Assembly (NCBI GenBank): GCA_937927915.1
Contig: CALGKB010000011.1
Location: 76,632 to 140,631, forward strand
Length of the DNA: 64,000 nt
From: an uncultured Pseudanabaenaceae cyanobacterium
Lineage (GTDB): Bacteria; Cyanobacteriota; Cyanobacteriia; Pseudanabaenales; Pseudanabaenaceae
Direction: 5' to 3'
The notes below the pieces were generated by a model. The model ran no database searches and was not told where the DNA came from. It saw only the letters and a program-made list of their open reading frames with translations. Made by a program: the position numbers and the translations under genes. This document shows, one piece after another, positions 38,475-46,945 of the stretch; position 1 is the first letter of the stretch, and each line of letters starts with the position of its first letter.

Positions 38475-39314
38475 CTAGACAGACAGAAGACTCAACTCCT
38501 GGGATCCACTTTTTTTGGTGGCATCGCTCAGCATAATCCTTGCGACAGGGGCGGGTACAGGGGGACTCAACAAATAGCCTTGGTAGGCATCGCAACCCAG
38601 ATTTATGACTGTCTTTAATTGCTCCACTGTTTCTACCCCCTCTGCCAATACAGTAATTCCCAGACTGTGGGCCATGTGAATCAAAGAATGCACGATCGTA
38701 GTGATTGCCGCCCGCCGCTCTGGGGAGTGATCGACTAAGCCATGGACAAAGGTCTTATCCAGTTTGATGATGTCTACAGGCAAATCACACAAATACTCCA
38801 AAGAACAATAGGCAGTACAGAAATCATCCAGGACAATCTTGATCCCCAGGAGGCTGAGGTGATGGAGGACAAAGAAGATTTCCGCCCGATCGGTGACAGG
38901 GGCAGTTTCTGTTAGCTCTACACCCAAGTAGTGGGGATCAACTTGGTATTCCTGAATCAGATAGAGGATGTAGTGGAGGGAGTCTTTACACTGTAGATAG
39001 CGGCTGGAAAAATTGATGTAGACCGGCAGTTTTATGCCAATTTCCTGCCATACAGATATGTAGCTAAAAGCTTCCTGTAGTAACCACTCATGGAACCTTT
39101 GCACTAAAGATAGACTGCTCTTCTCCAGGACTCGAATTAGTTGGGCAGTATCAACGCGTCCCCGCTCGGGTGTCTGCCAACGGGTCAGCACTTCCACCCC
39201 AAACAGGCTGTTAGTGGGCAGATGATTTTGCACTTGAAATGCTAAACTCAACTCCCTATTAGCAATAGCCCTCTCGATCGTTTCCGGCAAAATTAAACCT
39301 TCGTAGGCGTTCAT
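38475..39314 (-). CDS. stand-alone EAL-domain protein (putative c-di-GMP phosphodiesterase)
   Basis: 279 aa. ELTE, N (YINFS), DDF.., KLDK, AEGVET and QGY catalytic blocks are present. Loop 6 reads DDFCTAYCSLEYL instead of DDFGTGYSSL. Confidence 0.8.
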   Translation of the reverse strand: MNAYEGLILPETIERAIANRELSLAFQVQNHLPTNSLFGVEVLTRWQTPERGRVDTAQLIRVLEKSSLSLVQRFHEWLLQEAFSYISVWQEIGIKLPVYINFSSRYLQCKDSLHYILYLIQEYQVDPHYLGVELTETAPVTDRAEIFFVLHHLSLLGIKIVLDDFCTAYCSLEYLCDLPVDIIKLDKTFVHGLVDHSPERRAAITTIVHSLIHMAHSLGITVLAEGVETVEQLKTVINLGCDAYQGYLLSPPVPAPVARIMLSDATKKSGSQELSLLSV

Positions 39315-39645
39315 GTCCGTCTCCTGTTTATCTCTTGCATCGGTAATAAGCTTAAACTTTGCTTTTGTAGGGTTACTTATGCATTTTTTACTTTTTTATA
39401 TTTTCTGATCAGATTTTTTACAAATTTTTGTTAAACAAAGTAAAACTAGGGGCAGGAACTTTTTCTCACGTATTGCGTCCTACTATCAAAGTATCTACTA
39501 ACTTAGTTGTCAAATGCAAAAGCGCAGTAGCATTTCCCCCCATTTCTTTTGTTGTCAATTTAATTTCTGAAATCAGCAAATCTTTGCATAGCCACTGTTC
39601 TAGGAATTTATCTGTGCTAGTTTATAATTGCTGTCTATTTATTGC

Positions 39646-40770
39646 ATGCCTATGCCTTTCCTAGTAGGTGATCCTGCCCCTTGGTTTAAGTGTGAATGTA
39701 CAACTAATCCCAACTATAACTTTGACACGGTGGCGGGTCGGTATATCATCCTCTCTTTCTTTGGCTCTACAACTTTGCCCCAAGTGCCAGCTCTACTCCA
39801 GTTCATCTACCAAGACCTGCGCCCCCGCCTAGATGACTCCCATATGTGTTTCTTTGGCGTCAGCATTGACCCCCAGGACAAGGAACAAAAGCGGGTTACC
39901 CAAGTAATCCCTGGCATTCGTTTTTTCTGGGACTTTAACCTGGAGGTGAGTAAGCGCTACGGAGCGATCGGGGTAGTGGAAGGGGCAGGGCTAACCTTTC
40001 AACCCTTTACCCTGGTGCTTGACCCCAATCTGCGTGTCCTAGCCAACATTCCCATCAATGAAAATCACAATCTCATTCTGGACAACGTAGTTAAGAGTCT
40101 GCCCCCCATCGATGACTATGCCCAGGTGCCCCTCACAGCTCCTATTTTGATTGTTCCCCGTGTGTTTGAACCAGAGTTTTGTCGAGAATTGATTCGCCTT
40201 TATCAAACTCATGGTGGCAGGGAATCGGGGTTTATGCGGGAAAAAGAAGGTAGAACGATCGGGGTTCAAGATTATTCTTTCAAACGACGGAAAGACTATG
40301 AAATTGAATCGGAAGAGATTAAAGCACATTTTCGTGCTTGTTTAGTGCGCAGACTAGTACCGGAGATTGCCAAAGCTTTTAACTTCCATGCCACCCGTAT
40401 TGAGCGCTATATTGTCGCTTGTTATGAAGGGGAAGTGGGGGGATTTTTCCGTCCCCATCGCGATAACACCACCAAGGGAACCGCCCATCGCCGCTTTGCC
40501 GTAACAATTAACTTAAATGCCGAAGAATACGAGGGGGGAGATTTACGTTTTCCTGAATACGGCAGCCGTACCTACCGTGCCCCGACAGGGGGTTGCGTAG
40601 TTTTTTCCTGTTCTGTTTTGCATGAAGCAACACCAGTGACAAAGGGAGTGAGATACGCCACTTTACCGTTTCTCTATGACGAAGCCGCCGCTAAGATACG
40701 GGAAATGAACCGCCAGTTTCTCGCTGGGGAAATTGTTGACCTCAACCAGCAAAAAGCCATGCCAACTTAA
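39646..40770 (+). CDS. fusion protein: Cys-less peroxiredoxin-like (AhpC/TSA fold) domain plus 2OG-Fe(II) oxygenase (P4H-type) domain
   Basis: I prefer the ATG at 39646 (or 39652) over the TTG at 39628. N-half: GDPAPWF..GRYIILSFF..FFGVSIDP..KRYG..FTLVLDP. C-half: HRD...H triad and YEGGDLRF. Confidence 0.75.
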   Translation: MPMPFLVGDPAPWFKCECTTNPNYNFDTVAGRYIILSFFGSTTLPQVPALLQFIYQDLRPRLDDSHMCFFGVSIDPQDKEQKRVTQVIPGIRFFWDFNLEVSKRYGAIGVVEGAGLTFQPFTLVLDPNLRVLANIPINENHNLILDNVVKSLPPIDDYAQVPLTAPILIVPRVFEPEFCRELIRLYQTHGGRESGFMREKEGRTIGVQDYSFKRRKDYEIESEEIKAHFRACLVRRLVPEIAKAFNFHATRIERYIVACYEGEVGGFFRPHRDNTTKGTAHRRFAVTINLNAEEYEGGDLRFPEYGSRTYRAPTGGCVVFSCSVLHEATPVTKGVRYATLPFLYDEAAAKIREMNRQFLAGEIVDLNQQKAMPT

Positions 40771-40970
40771 TTATTATTTTCTTGCCCAACGGAGGAAACC
40801 CTACTGCGCCCTATGCCGCAGCTGTAACTACCTCTCCCTCAAAACTGAGTACTTGGTCAACTGAGGGGAGGCCGCTGTATATATTTGTAACTTCTCTATC
40901 TTGCCCAGGGTGGAGCGTTCCATAATGACAGGTAGGGAAGATTTCTGATCCCTCAAGGAGGGGATGACCT

Positions 40971-43247
40971 ATGGATAGAGATACCTTTGAACGGGAGGGA
41001 CGCTCTGATGCAATAGAGCTAAGACCAGAATGGCAAGGATTTAAGCCCCATGTGTGGCAAAACACGATCGATGTGCGCGATTTCATTCAATACAACTACA
41101 CACCCTACACGGGAGACGGAACTTTTCTGGCAGGGGCAACCGATCGGACACAGAAACTATGGGCACAGGTACAGGAGTTGATGCGCCAGGAGCGGGAGAA
41201 GGGGGTGTTAGATGCCGACACGTCTTTACCTTCTTCCATCACTGCCCACCCGCCCGGTTACATTGACAGAGACCTGGAACAAATCGTGGGATTGCAGACG
41301 GATAAACCCCTCAAGCGTGCCATCATGCCCTACGGGGGAATCCGCATGGTCAAAAGTGCCCTGGAGGCTTACGGCTATCACCTTGACCCCAAAACAGAGG
41401 AGATTTTCACGAAATATCGCAAGACCCACAACGACGGAGTGTTCGATGCCTACACAACGGAGATGCGCAATTGTCGTCGATCGGGGATCATCACAGGTCT
41501 GCCGGATGCCTATGGACGGGGGCGCATCATCGGGGACTATCGCCGCGTGGCACTCTATGGCACCGCCCTGTTGATCGAGGATAAAAAGGCACAACTGCGA
41601 TCGTTGGAAGTGGATGTCATGGATGAACCGACGATTCGCCTGCGGGAAGAAATTTCGGAGCAGATCAAGGCTCTTAACGAACTACAAACGATGGCGCAAA
41701 GTTATGGTTTTGACATCAGCAGACCAGCAGCAGATGCGCGGGAAGCTTTCCAATGGTTGTATTTTGGCTATCTGGCAGCGGTGAAGGAACAAAACGGGGC
41801 AGCTATGTCCCTCGGTCGGGTATCCACGTTCTTGGATATTTACTGTGAGCGGGATTTAGCCCAAGGCAAGATCACAGAGGCGGAAATTCAAGAACTGGTG
41901 GATCACTTTGTGATGAAGTTGCGGATGGTGCGATTCCTGCGCACGCCTGAGTACAATGAACTGTTCTCCGGTGACCCAACATGGGTGACAGAAGCGATCG
42001 GGGGCATGGGAGAAGACGGCAGACCCCTGGTGACGAAAAACAGTTTTCGTTTCCTGCAAACACTCTACAACCTAGGACCTGCCCCAGAGCCGAATTTGAC
42101 AGTGCTGTGGTCGGAAAAATTGCCGACGAATTTCAAACAGTTCTGCGCCCAAACCTCCATCGCCACCAGTTCCATTCAGTACGAAAATGATGACCTCATG
42201 CGTCCCTACTACGGGGATGACTACGGCATTGCCTGCTGCGTTTCAGCCATGCGCATTGGTAAACAGATGCAGTTTTTTGGTGCGCGGGTAAATTTGGCAA
42301 AAGCTCTCCTCTATGCCATCAACGGCGGGCGGGATGAAAAGAGTGGCGATCAGGTAGCTCCCCCAATGCCCCCCATCACCAGTGAGGTGTTGGATTTTGC
42401 CGAAGTAAAAGAGCGCTATGAACAGGTCTTGGCTTGGTTAGCCCGCACTTACATCAACACCCTCAACGTCATCCACTATATGCACGACAAATACTGCTAT
42501 GAACGGATTGAGATGGCGTTACATGACCGCGATGTCTATCGCACGATGGCTTGTGGAATTGCAGGCTTGTCGGTGGTAGCTGATTCTCTGTCGGCAATCA
42601 AGTACGCCAAAGTCAGACCAATTCGGGATGAGCGGGGTATCGCTGTTGATTTCGCTATTGAAGGGGAATATCCCACCTACGGCAACAATGACGATCGGGC
42701 TGATGAACTGGCGGTGTGGGTAGTGCAAAAGATGATGGCTGAGTTGCGCAAACACAAGACCTACCGCGATGCTGTCCCAACCCAATCAGTGCTGACGATC
42801 ACTTCCAACGTGGTCTATGGCAAAAAGACGGGCACAACTCCCGATGGGCGTAAAGCTGGTCAACCCTTTGCCCCTGGTGCTAACCCCATGCACGGACGGG
42901 ACTGCTGTGGCGCGATCGCTTCTCTAGCTTCCGTTGCCAAACTGCCCTATGCCGATAGCTTGGATGGCATCTCCAATACCTTTTCCATTGTGCCCCACGC
43001 CCTTGGACGCACGGAGACCGATCGGGTCAACAACTTGGTGAATATGTTGGATGGCTACTTCCACGACGGCGGACATCACCTCAACGTCAACGTGCTGCAA
43101 CGGGAAACGCTCCTGGATGCGATGGCACATCCTGAAAAATACCCACAGTTGACAATCCGCGTCTCTGGCTATGCGGTAAACTTCATTAAGCTCACCCGCG
43201 AACAACAACTAGATGTCATCAATCGCACCTTCCACGAACGCTGTTAA
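40971..43247 (+). CDS. pflB: formate C-acetyltransferase (pyruvate formate-lyase)
   Basis: 758 aa, collinear with E. coli PflB as I recall it. Active-site Cys-Cys (IACCVSAM) and glycyl-radical motif [16 protein letters not shown] Shine-Dalgarno 9 nt upstream. Confidence 0.96.
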   Translation: MDRDTFEREGRSDAIELRPEWQGFKPHVWQNTIDVRDFIQYNYTPYTGDGTFLAGATDRTQKLWAQVQELMRQEREKGVLDADTSLPSSITAHPPGYIDRDLEQIVGLQTDKPLKRAIMPYGGIRMVKSALEAYGYHLDPKTEEIFTKYRKTHNDGVFDAYTTEMRNCRRSGIITGLPDAYGRGRIIGDYRRVALYGTALLIEDKKAQLRSLEVDVMDEPTIRLREEISEQIKALNELQTMAQSYGFDISRPAADAREAFQWLYFGYLAAVKEQNGAAMSLGRVSTFLDIYCERDLAQGKITEAEIQELVDHFVMKLRMVRFLRTPEYNELFSGDPTWVTEAIGGMGEDGRPLVTKNSFRFLQTLYNLGPAPEPNLTVLWSEKLPTNFKQFCAQTSIATSSIQYENDDLMRPYYGDDYGIACCVSAMRIGKQMQFFGARVNLAKALLYAINGGRDEKSGDQVAPPMPPITSEVLDFAEVKERYEQVLAWLARTYINTLNVIHYMHDKYCYERIEMALHDRDVYRTMACGIAGLSVVADSLSAIKYAKVRPIRDERGIAVDFAIEGEYPTYGNNDDRADELAVWVVQKMMAELRKHKTYRDAVPTQSVLTITSNVVYGKKTGTTPDGRKAGQPFAPGANPMHGRDCCGAIASLASVAKLPYADSLDGISNTFSIVPHALGRTETDRVNNLVNMLDGYFHDGGHHLNVNVLQRETLLDAMAHPEKYPQLTIRVSGYAVNFIKLTREQQLDVINRTFHERC

Positions 43248-43962
43248 GGGGAAAATCCACTCCTACGAAAGCATGGGCACGGTGGATGGTCCAGGGATTC
43301 GCTTTGTGGTGTTTACCCAGGGCTGTCCTCTCCGTTGCCTTTATTGCCATAACCCCGATTGTCGTAGCATTTACGGTGGACGGGAGGTGACAGTAGCAGA
43401 AGTACTAGGGGAAATCAGCAAGTATCGTTCTTACCTCAAAGACGGTGGGGTGACTGTCAGCGGGGGTGAACCTCTTATGCAACCAGAATTTACAGCGGCA
43501 ATTTTACAGGGGTGTCATGCCTTGGGCTTACATACTGCCCTAGATACCTCTGGCTATTGTCCTGTCCCCGTAGCGGCAGCGGTGTTGGCACATACGGACT
43601 TGGTGTTGCTAGATATTAAATCCTATGACCCTGAACTGTATCAGCGGGTAACTCATGTCTCTTTGGAACCCACTCTAGAGATGGCAAGACACCTCGATCG
43701 CATCGGTAAGCCTACCTGGATTCGCTTTGTTTTGGTACCTGGTTTGACTGACCCCCGCCATAACATTGAGGGCTTGGCAGATTTTGTGGCCACGCTCAAA
43801 AACGTAGAACGGGTAGAAGTGTTGCCCTTTCACAAGATGGGGGAATACAAGTGGGAGCGTTTGGGCTTGGAATACCTCCTCAAGGATACCCCCGAACCCA
43901 GTCCAGAGCTAGTGGCAGCCACCAAGGCAATCTTCCGCGATCGGGGGTTGTTTACACCCTAA
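43213..43962 (+). CDS. pflA: pyruvate formate-lyase activating enzyme (radical SAM)
   Basis: 249 aa. [13 protein letters not shown], CxxxCxxC ([10 protein letters not shown]), [10 protein letters not shown]. The ATG overlaps the pflB 3' end by 35 nt. Confidence 0.93.
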   Translation: MSSIAPSTNAVKGKIHSYESMGTVDGPGIRFVVFTQGCPLRCLYCHNPDCRSIYGGREVTVAEVLGEISKYRSYLKDGGVTVSGGEPLMQPEFTAAILQGCHALGLHTALDTSGYCPVPVAAAVLAHTDLVLLDIKSYDPELYQRVTHVSLEPTLEMARHLDRIGKPTWIRFVLVPGLTDPRHNIEGLADFVATLKNVERVEVLPFHKMGEYKWERLGLEYLLKDTPEPSPELVAATKAIFRDRGLFTP

Positions 43963-44604
43963 GTTGCCTAGGGGGACAGGGTCAGGGCGGCAGTAATTAC
44001 ACAAGCCCTTTTCTTGCAGCGTGAATGACCCGCAAGAACGGTTACAGCCCCCAGAGCTAGCTAGCCTTCCCCCCTGCGGAAAAGTGATGTTTACTAATTG
44101 CCACTTGTCCCTACCAAACGATCGGCGTTGTTGCTTCCCACTGTTACTGCCCCAGAATTAGCACAGGTTTCTGTCTGACCACCATAATTGGTCATTCCCT
44201 TGGCAGTGGCAGGCAGCTTTAATGCCTCTTGTATCGATCGGGGCGTTGTAAATTGGGACAGTTGGGTTATTGGTTGTAGTCGCAATTAACGGTGTACATT
44301 CCCCCTGCTTGGCGCCCAAGCATTGTCGGTAAATAACCTCCTGTCGTTGGTTTGGCGGTGTGGGATTGCATTACTTCCAGACCTTGCCTTTGGGCTTGTT
44401 GTTGACAGGTGAGAGGTAAGCAGAAGAGACCTACTGACTGTTATGGGGGCAGGAGGAGGGGGGGATAAAAATTAACAAATTCTGACTTTTAGCCAGTAAT
44501 TTTGTTCCGCAGTACCAATTTTTGCCTTATCCTAACATTTTATAAAGTTCTGTTCCCTCCAGGAACAAAAGGCGTAGGTTAAACCAAAGAGAGGTGAGGG
44601 AAGT

Positions 44605-45606
44605 ATGTCTAGCCTGCGGAGACAAGGGGATTTTACCACCTTAACCCGTCATGTTTTGACCCAAATGGGTAGTTTTTCGGCGGAGGCTTTTGATATTAGT
44701 GCCCTGATGAGTCGCATTGCTCTGGCGGGGAAGATGATTGCGCGGCAGTTGAGTCGGGCGGGGCTAGTGGCAGATGTGCTGGGCATGACGGGCACAACCA
44801 ATGTGCAGGGGGAAGAGGTGAAAAAGATGGATGAGTTCGCCAATCAGGCGTTTATCCGTGCCTTTGAGCAGAGTGGTCTGGTCTGTCGCCTGGTGTCGGA
44901 GGAGATGGCAAAGCCCTACTACCTGCCCGAAAATTGCCCCATCGGTCGCTATACCCTCATTTTTGACCCCATTGATGGCTCCAGTAATATTGATGTGAAT
45001 TTGGCAGTGGGCACGATTTTTTCTGTGCGGCAGCAGGAGACGGTGCCAGGGGATGACCCCGATCGCGACTTATTGCAAGCGGGGCACAAGCAGTTGATTG
45101 CGGGTTATTTGCTCTACGGCTCTAGCACAATGTTGGTCTATACGATGGGGAAGGGGGTACACGCCTTTACCTTAGATGCGGGGTTGGGGGAGTTTATCCT
45201 GTCCCACGAAAATCTAACCGTGCCTAGCAAGGGGAGTATCTACAGTGTCAATGAGGGGAACTTCCACCAGTGGTCAGTGGGGATGCAAAACTATATCCGC
45301 CATATCCACAGTCAGGGGGGCTACAGCGGACGCTATTCCGGGGCGTTGGTGGCAGACATCCATCGCATTTTGTTTCAGGGGGGGGTCTTTCTCTACCCCG
45401 GCACGCAAAAGCATCCCCAGGGGAAATTGCGCTTACTCTACGAAAATGCCCCTCTAGCCTACATCATCACCCAGGCGGGGGGGAAAGCCTCCACAGGGAA
45501 GGAGGATGTGCTGGATGTGGTGCCCCAGAGTTTACACGATCGTACTCCCCTGATTATCGGCAGTCGGGAAGACGTGGATTTAGTGTTGTCTTTTCTGCAT
45601 GACTGA
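44605..45606 (+). CDS. fbp: fructose-1,6-bisphosphatase, class 1
   Basis: 333 aa. [27 protein letters not shown] and APLAYI motifs. Confidence 0.92.
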   Translation: MSSLRRQGDFTTLTRHVLTQMGSFSAEAFDISALMSRIALAGKMIARQLSRAGLVADVLGMTGTTNVQGEEVKKMDEFANQAFIRAFEQSGLVCRLVSEEMAKPYYLPENCPIGRYTLIFDPIDGSSNIDVNLAVGTIFSVRQQETVPGDDPDRDLLQAGHKQLIAGYLLYGSSTMLVYTMGKGVHAFTLDAGLGEFILSHENLTVPSKGSIYSVNEGNFHQWSVGMQNYIRHIHSQGGYSGRYSGALVADIHRILFQGGVFLYPGTQKHPQGKLRLLYENAPLAYIITQAGGKASTGKEDVLDVVPQSLHDRTPLIIGSREDVDLVLSFLHD

Positions 45607-46945
45607 CCACAGGGTAGCCCCTATCTTAGACATCATCGATCGTTATCTAGCACAACAACCTACGGCTTTCTATTTCCCAGGTCATCGGGGTAGGGTGTCT
45701 GATCTGTGGGGGGAGGAGCTATGGCGGTCGGATTTGCCGGAACTACCAGGGATAGAGGAGGCGATCGAGCAGGCGGAGGGGCTGGCGGCGGACTTGGTGG
45801 GAGCAGAGCGCACCTGGTTTCTCACCAACGGGGCAACAATGGGAATCCACGCTATGCTGTTAGCCTTTCCTGGCGCCAAGGTACTGGTGGGGCGCAATTG
45901 CCATCGGGCAACGATTGGGGGGATGGTGTTGGCGGGGACTGTGCCTGTGTATGTGGCGACGGAACTTGATCCTACTACTGGTGTGGATTTGGGGGTCAGT
46001 GCTGGGGCTTTGGCGATGGCGTTGTTGGAGCATCCTGATGCAGAGGCAGTGTTTTTGGTCAGTCCCAACTACTACGGTGTGGCGGGGGCAGTACAGGAGT
46101 GGGTGGCGTTGTGTCACGATCGGGGCATACCCCTTTTAATCGACAGTGCCCATGGTGCTCATTGGGGCTTCCATCCTGATTTTCCCCCTTCTCCTTTGGC
46201 TTTAGGGGCGGATGTGGTGGTGCAGTCCAGCCATAAAACGGCAGCTTCTTTGACGCAAACGGCAATCCTGCATCTCAAAAGTGATTTGGTCAAGGCACAA
46301 ACGATCGAGGGGGTTTTATCTCTTCTGAGAAGTACCAGTCCTAGTTTGCCCTTGTTAGCCTCTCTGGATTACAGTCGGCGGTTATTAGCGACAGAGGGAA
46401 AACAGCGCTTAGCCCAAATTGTCAGTTGGAGTGAGAAATTGCGGGCTAGATTGCCTTGGCTAGTTAGTTTTGATGACCCCAGTCGTCTGACAGCAATTCC
46501 TCCAGGAGGGACAGGCTTTCAGCTAGACCAGTGGCTATGTCAACAATCCCCTCCCCTCATTGCTGAGTTGCCTACCCTGGAACATTTAGTTTTTGCCCTC
46601 GGCTTGGGTACAGTAGAAGAGGACAGCGATCGGTTGTTGCAATTATTGCAGGAGTACCCCTGCCCTGCCAAGAAAGTTAGAGTTGCGCCTTTTAATTTTG
46701 CTACTGTAGAGCAACCAACTCTTACTCCCCGGCAAGCCTATTTTTCCGCCGCAGAAATAGTGTCAGCAAAAGAAGCGATCGGGCGCATTAGTCGCACTGT
46801 TATTTGTCCCTATCCCCCTGGCATTCCTGTCATTTTACCAGGAGAGGTTATCAAACAAGAAACGATCGAGTATTTAGCACAAGTAATAGCAGCGGGGGGA
46901 ATTGTGCAGGGCTGGCAAGGGGGTATAGCAGTTTTAGCGGAATAG
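45599..46945 (+). CDS. PLP-dependent Orn/Lys/Arg decarboxylase-family protein (OKR_DC_1-like)
   Basis: 448 aa. FPGHRG near the N-terminus; [13 protein letters not shown] with the PLP Lys. The start overlaps the fbp stop (ATGACTGA). Confidence 0.75.
   Translation: MTDHRVAPILDIIDRYLAQQPTAFYFPGHRGRVSDLWGEELWRSDLPELPGIEEAIEQAEGLAADLVGAERTWFLTNGATMGIHAMLLAFPGAKVLVGRNCHRATIGGMVLAGTVPVYVATELDPTTGVDLGVSAGALAMALLEHPDAEAVFLVSPNYYGVAGAVQEWVALCHDRGIPLLIDSAHGAHWGFHPDFPPSPLALGADVVVQSSHKTAASLTQTAILHLKSDLVKAQTIEGVLSLLRSTSPSLPLLASLDYSRRLLATEGKQRLAQIVSWSEKLRARLPWLVSFDDPSRLTAIPPGGTGFQLDQWLCQQSPPLIAELPTLEHLVFALGLGTVEEDSDRLLQLLQEYPCPAKKVRVAPFNFATVEQPTLTPRQAYFSAAEIVSAKEAIGRISRTVICPYPPGIPVILPGEVIKQETIEYLAQVIAAGGIVQGWQGGIAVLAE

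Noticed and set aside
39428-39664. 78-aa plus-strand ORF in the EAL/oxygenase divergent region
   Set aside because: It has a TTG start in a very AT-rich promoter region, runs into the oxygenase start in another frame, and has odd composition (Cys/Ser/Leu/Val-rich). It is most likely non-coding promoter DNA.
40771-40970. FNR/CRP-type site (TTGAT-N4-ATCAA) or a clear sigma70 promoter upstream of pflB
   Set aside because: No such palindrome is present. A CATAAT -10-like hexamer near 40920 has no acceptable -35 at 16-18 nt spacing. pflB may be co-transcribed with the upstream oxygenase gene instead.
44094-44285. 63-aa minus-strand ORF with a ..NYGG|QTETCANSGAVTVGSNN.. sequence, considered as a double-glycine-leader bacteriocin/RiPP precursor
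   Set aside because: It starts at a TTG immediately after a stop and has no Shine-Dalgarno. The leader lacks the LSxxELxxIxGG pattern. No peptidase-ABC exporter, LanM, cyclodehydratase or other maturation gene lies anywhere in the window. It is kept only as part of the non-coding-gap finding.
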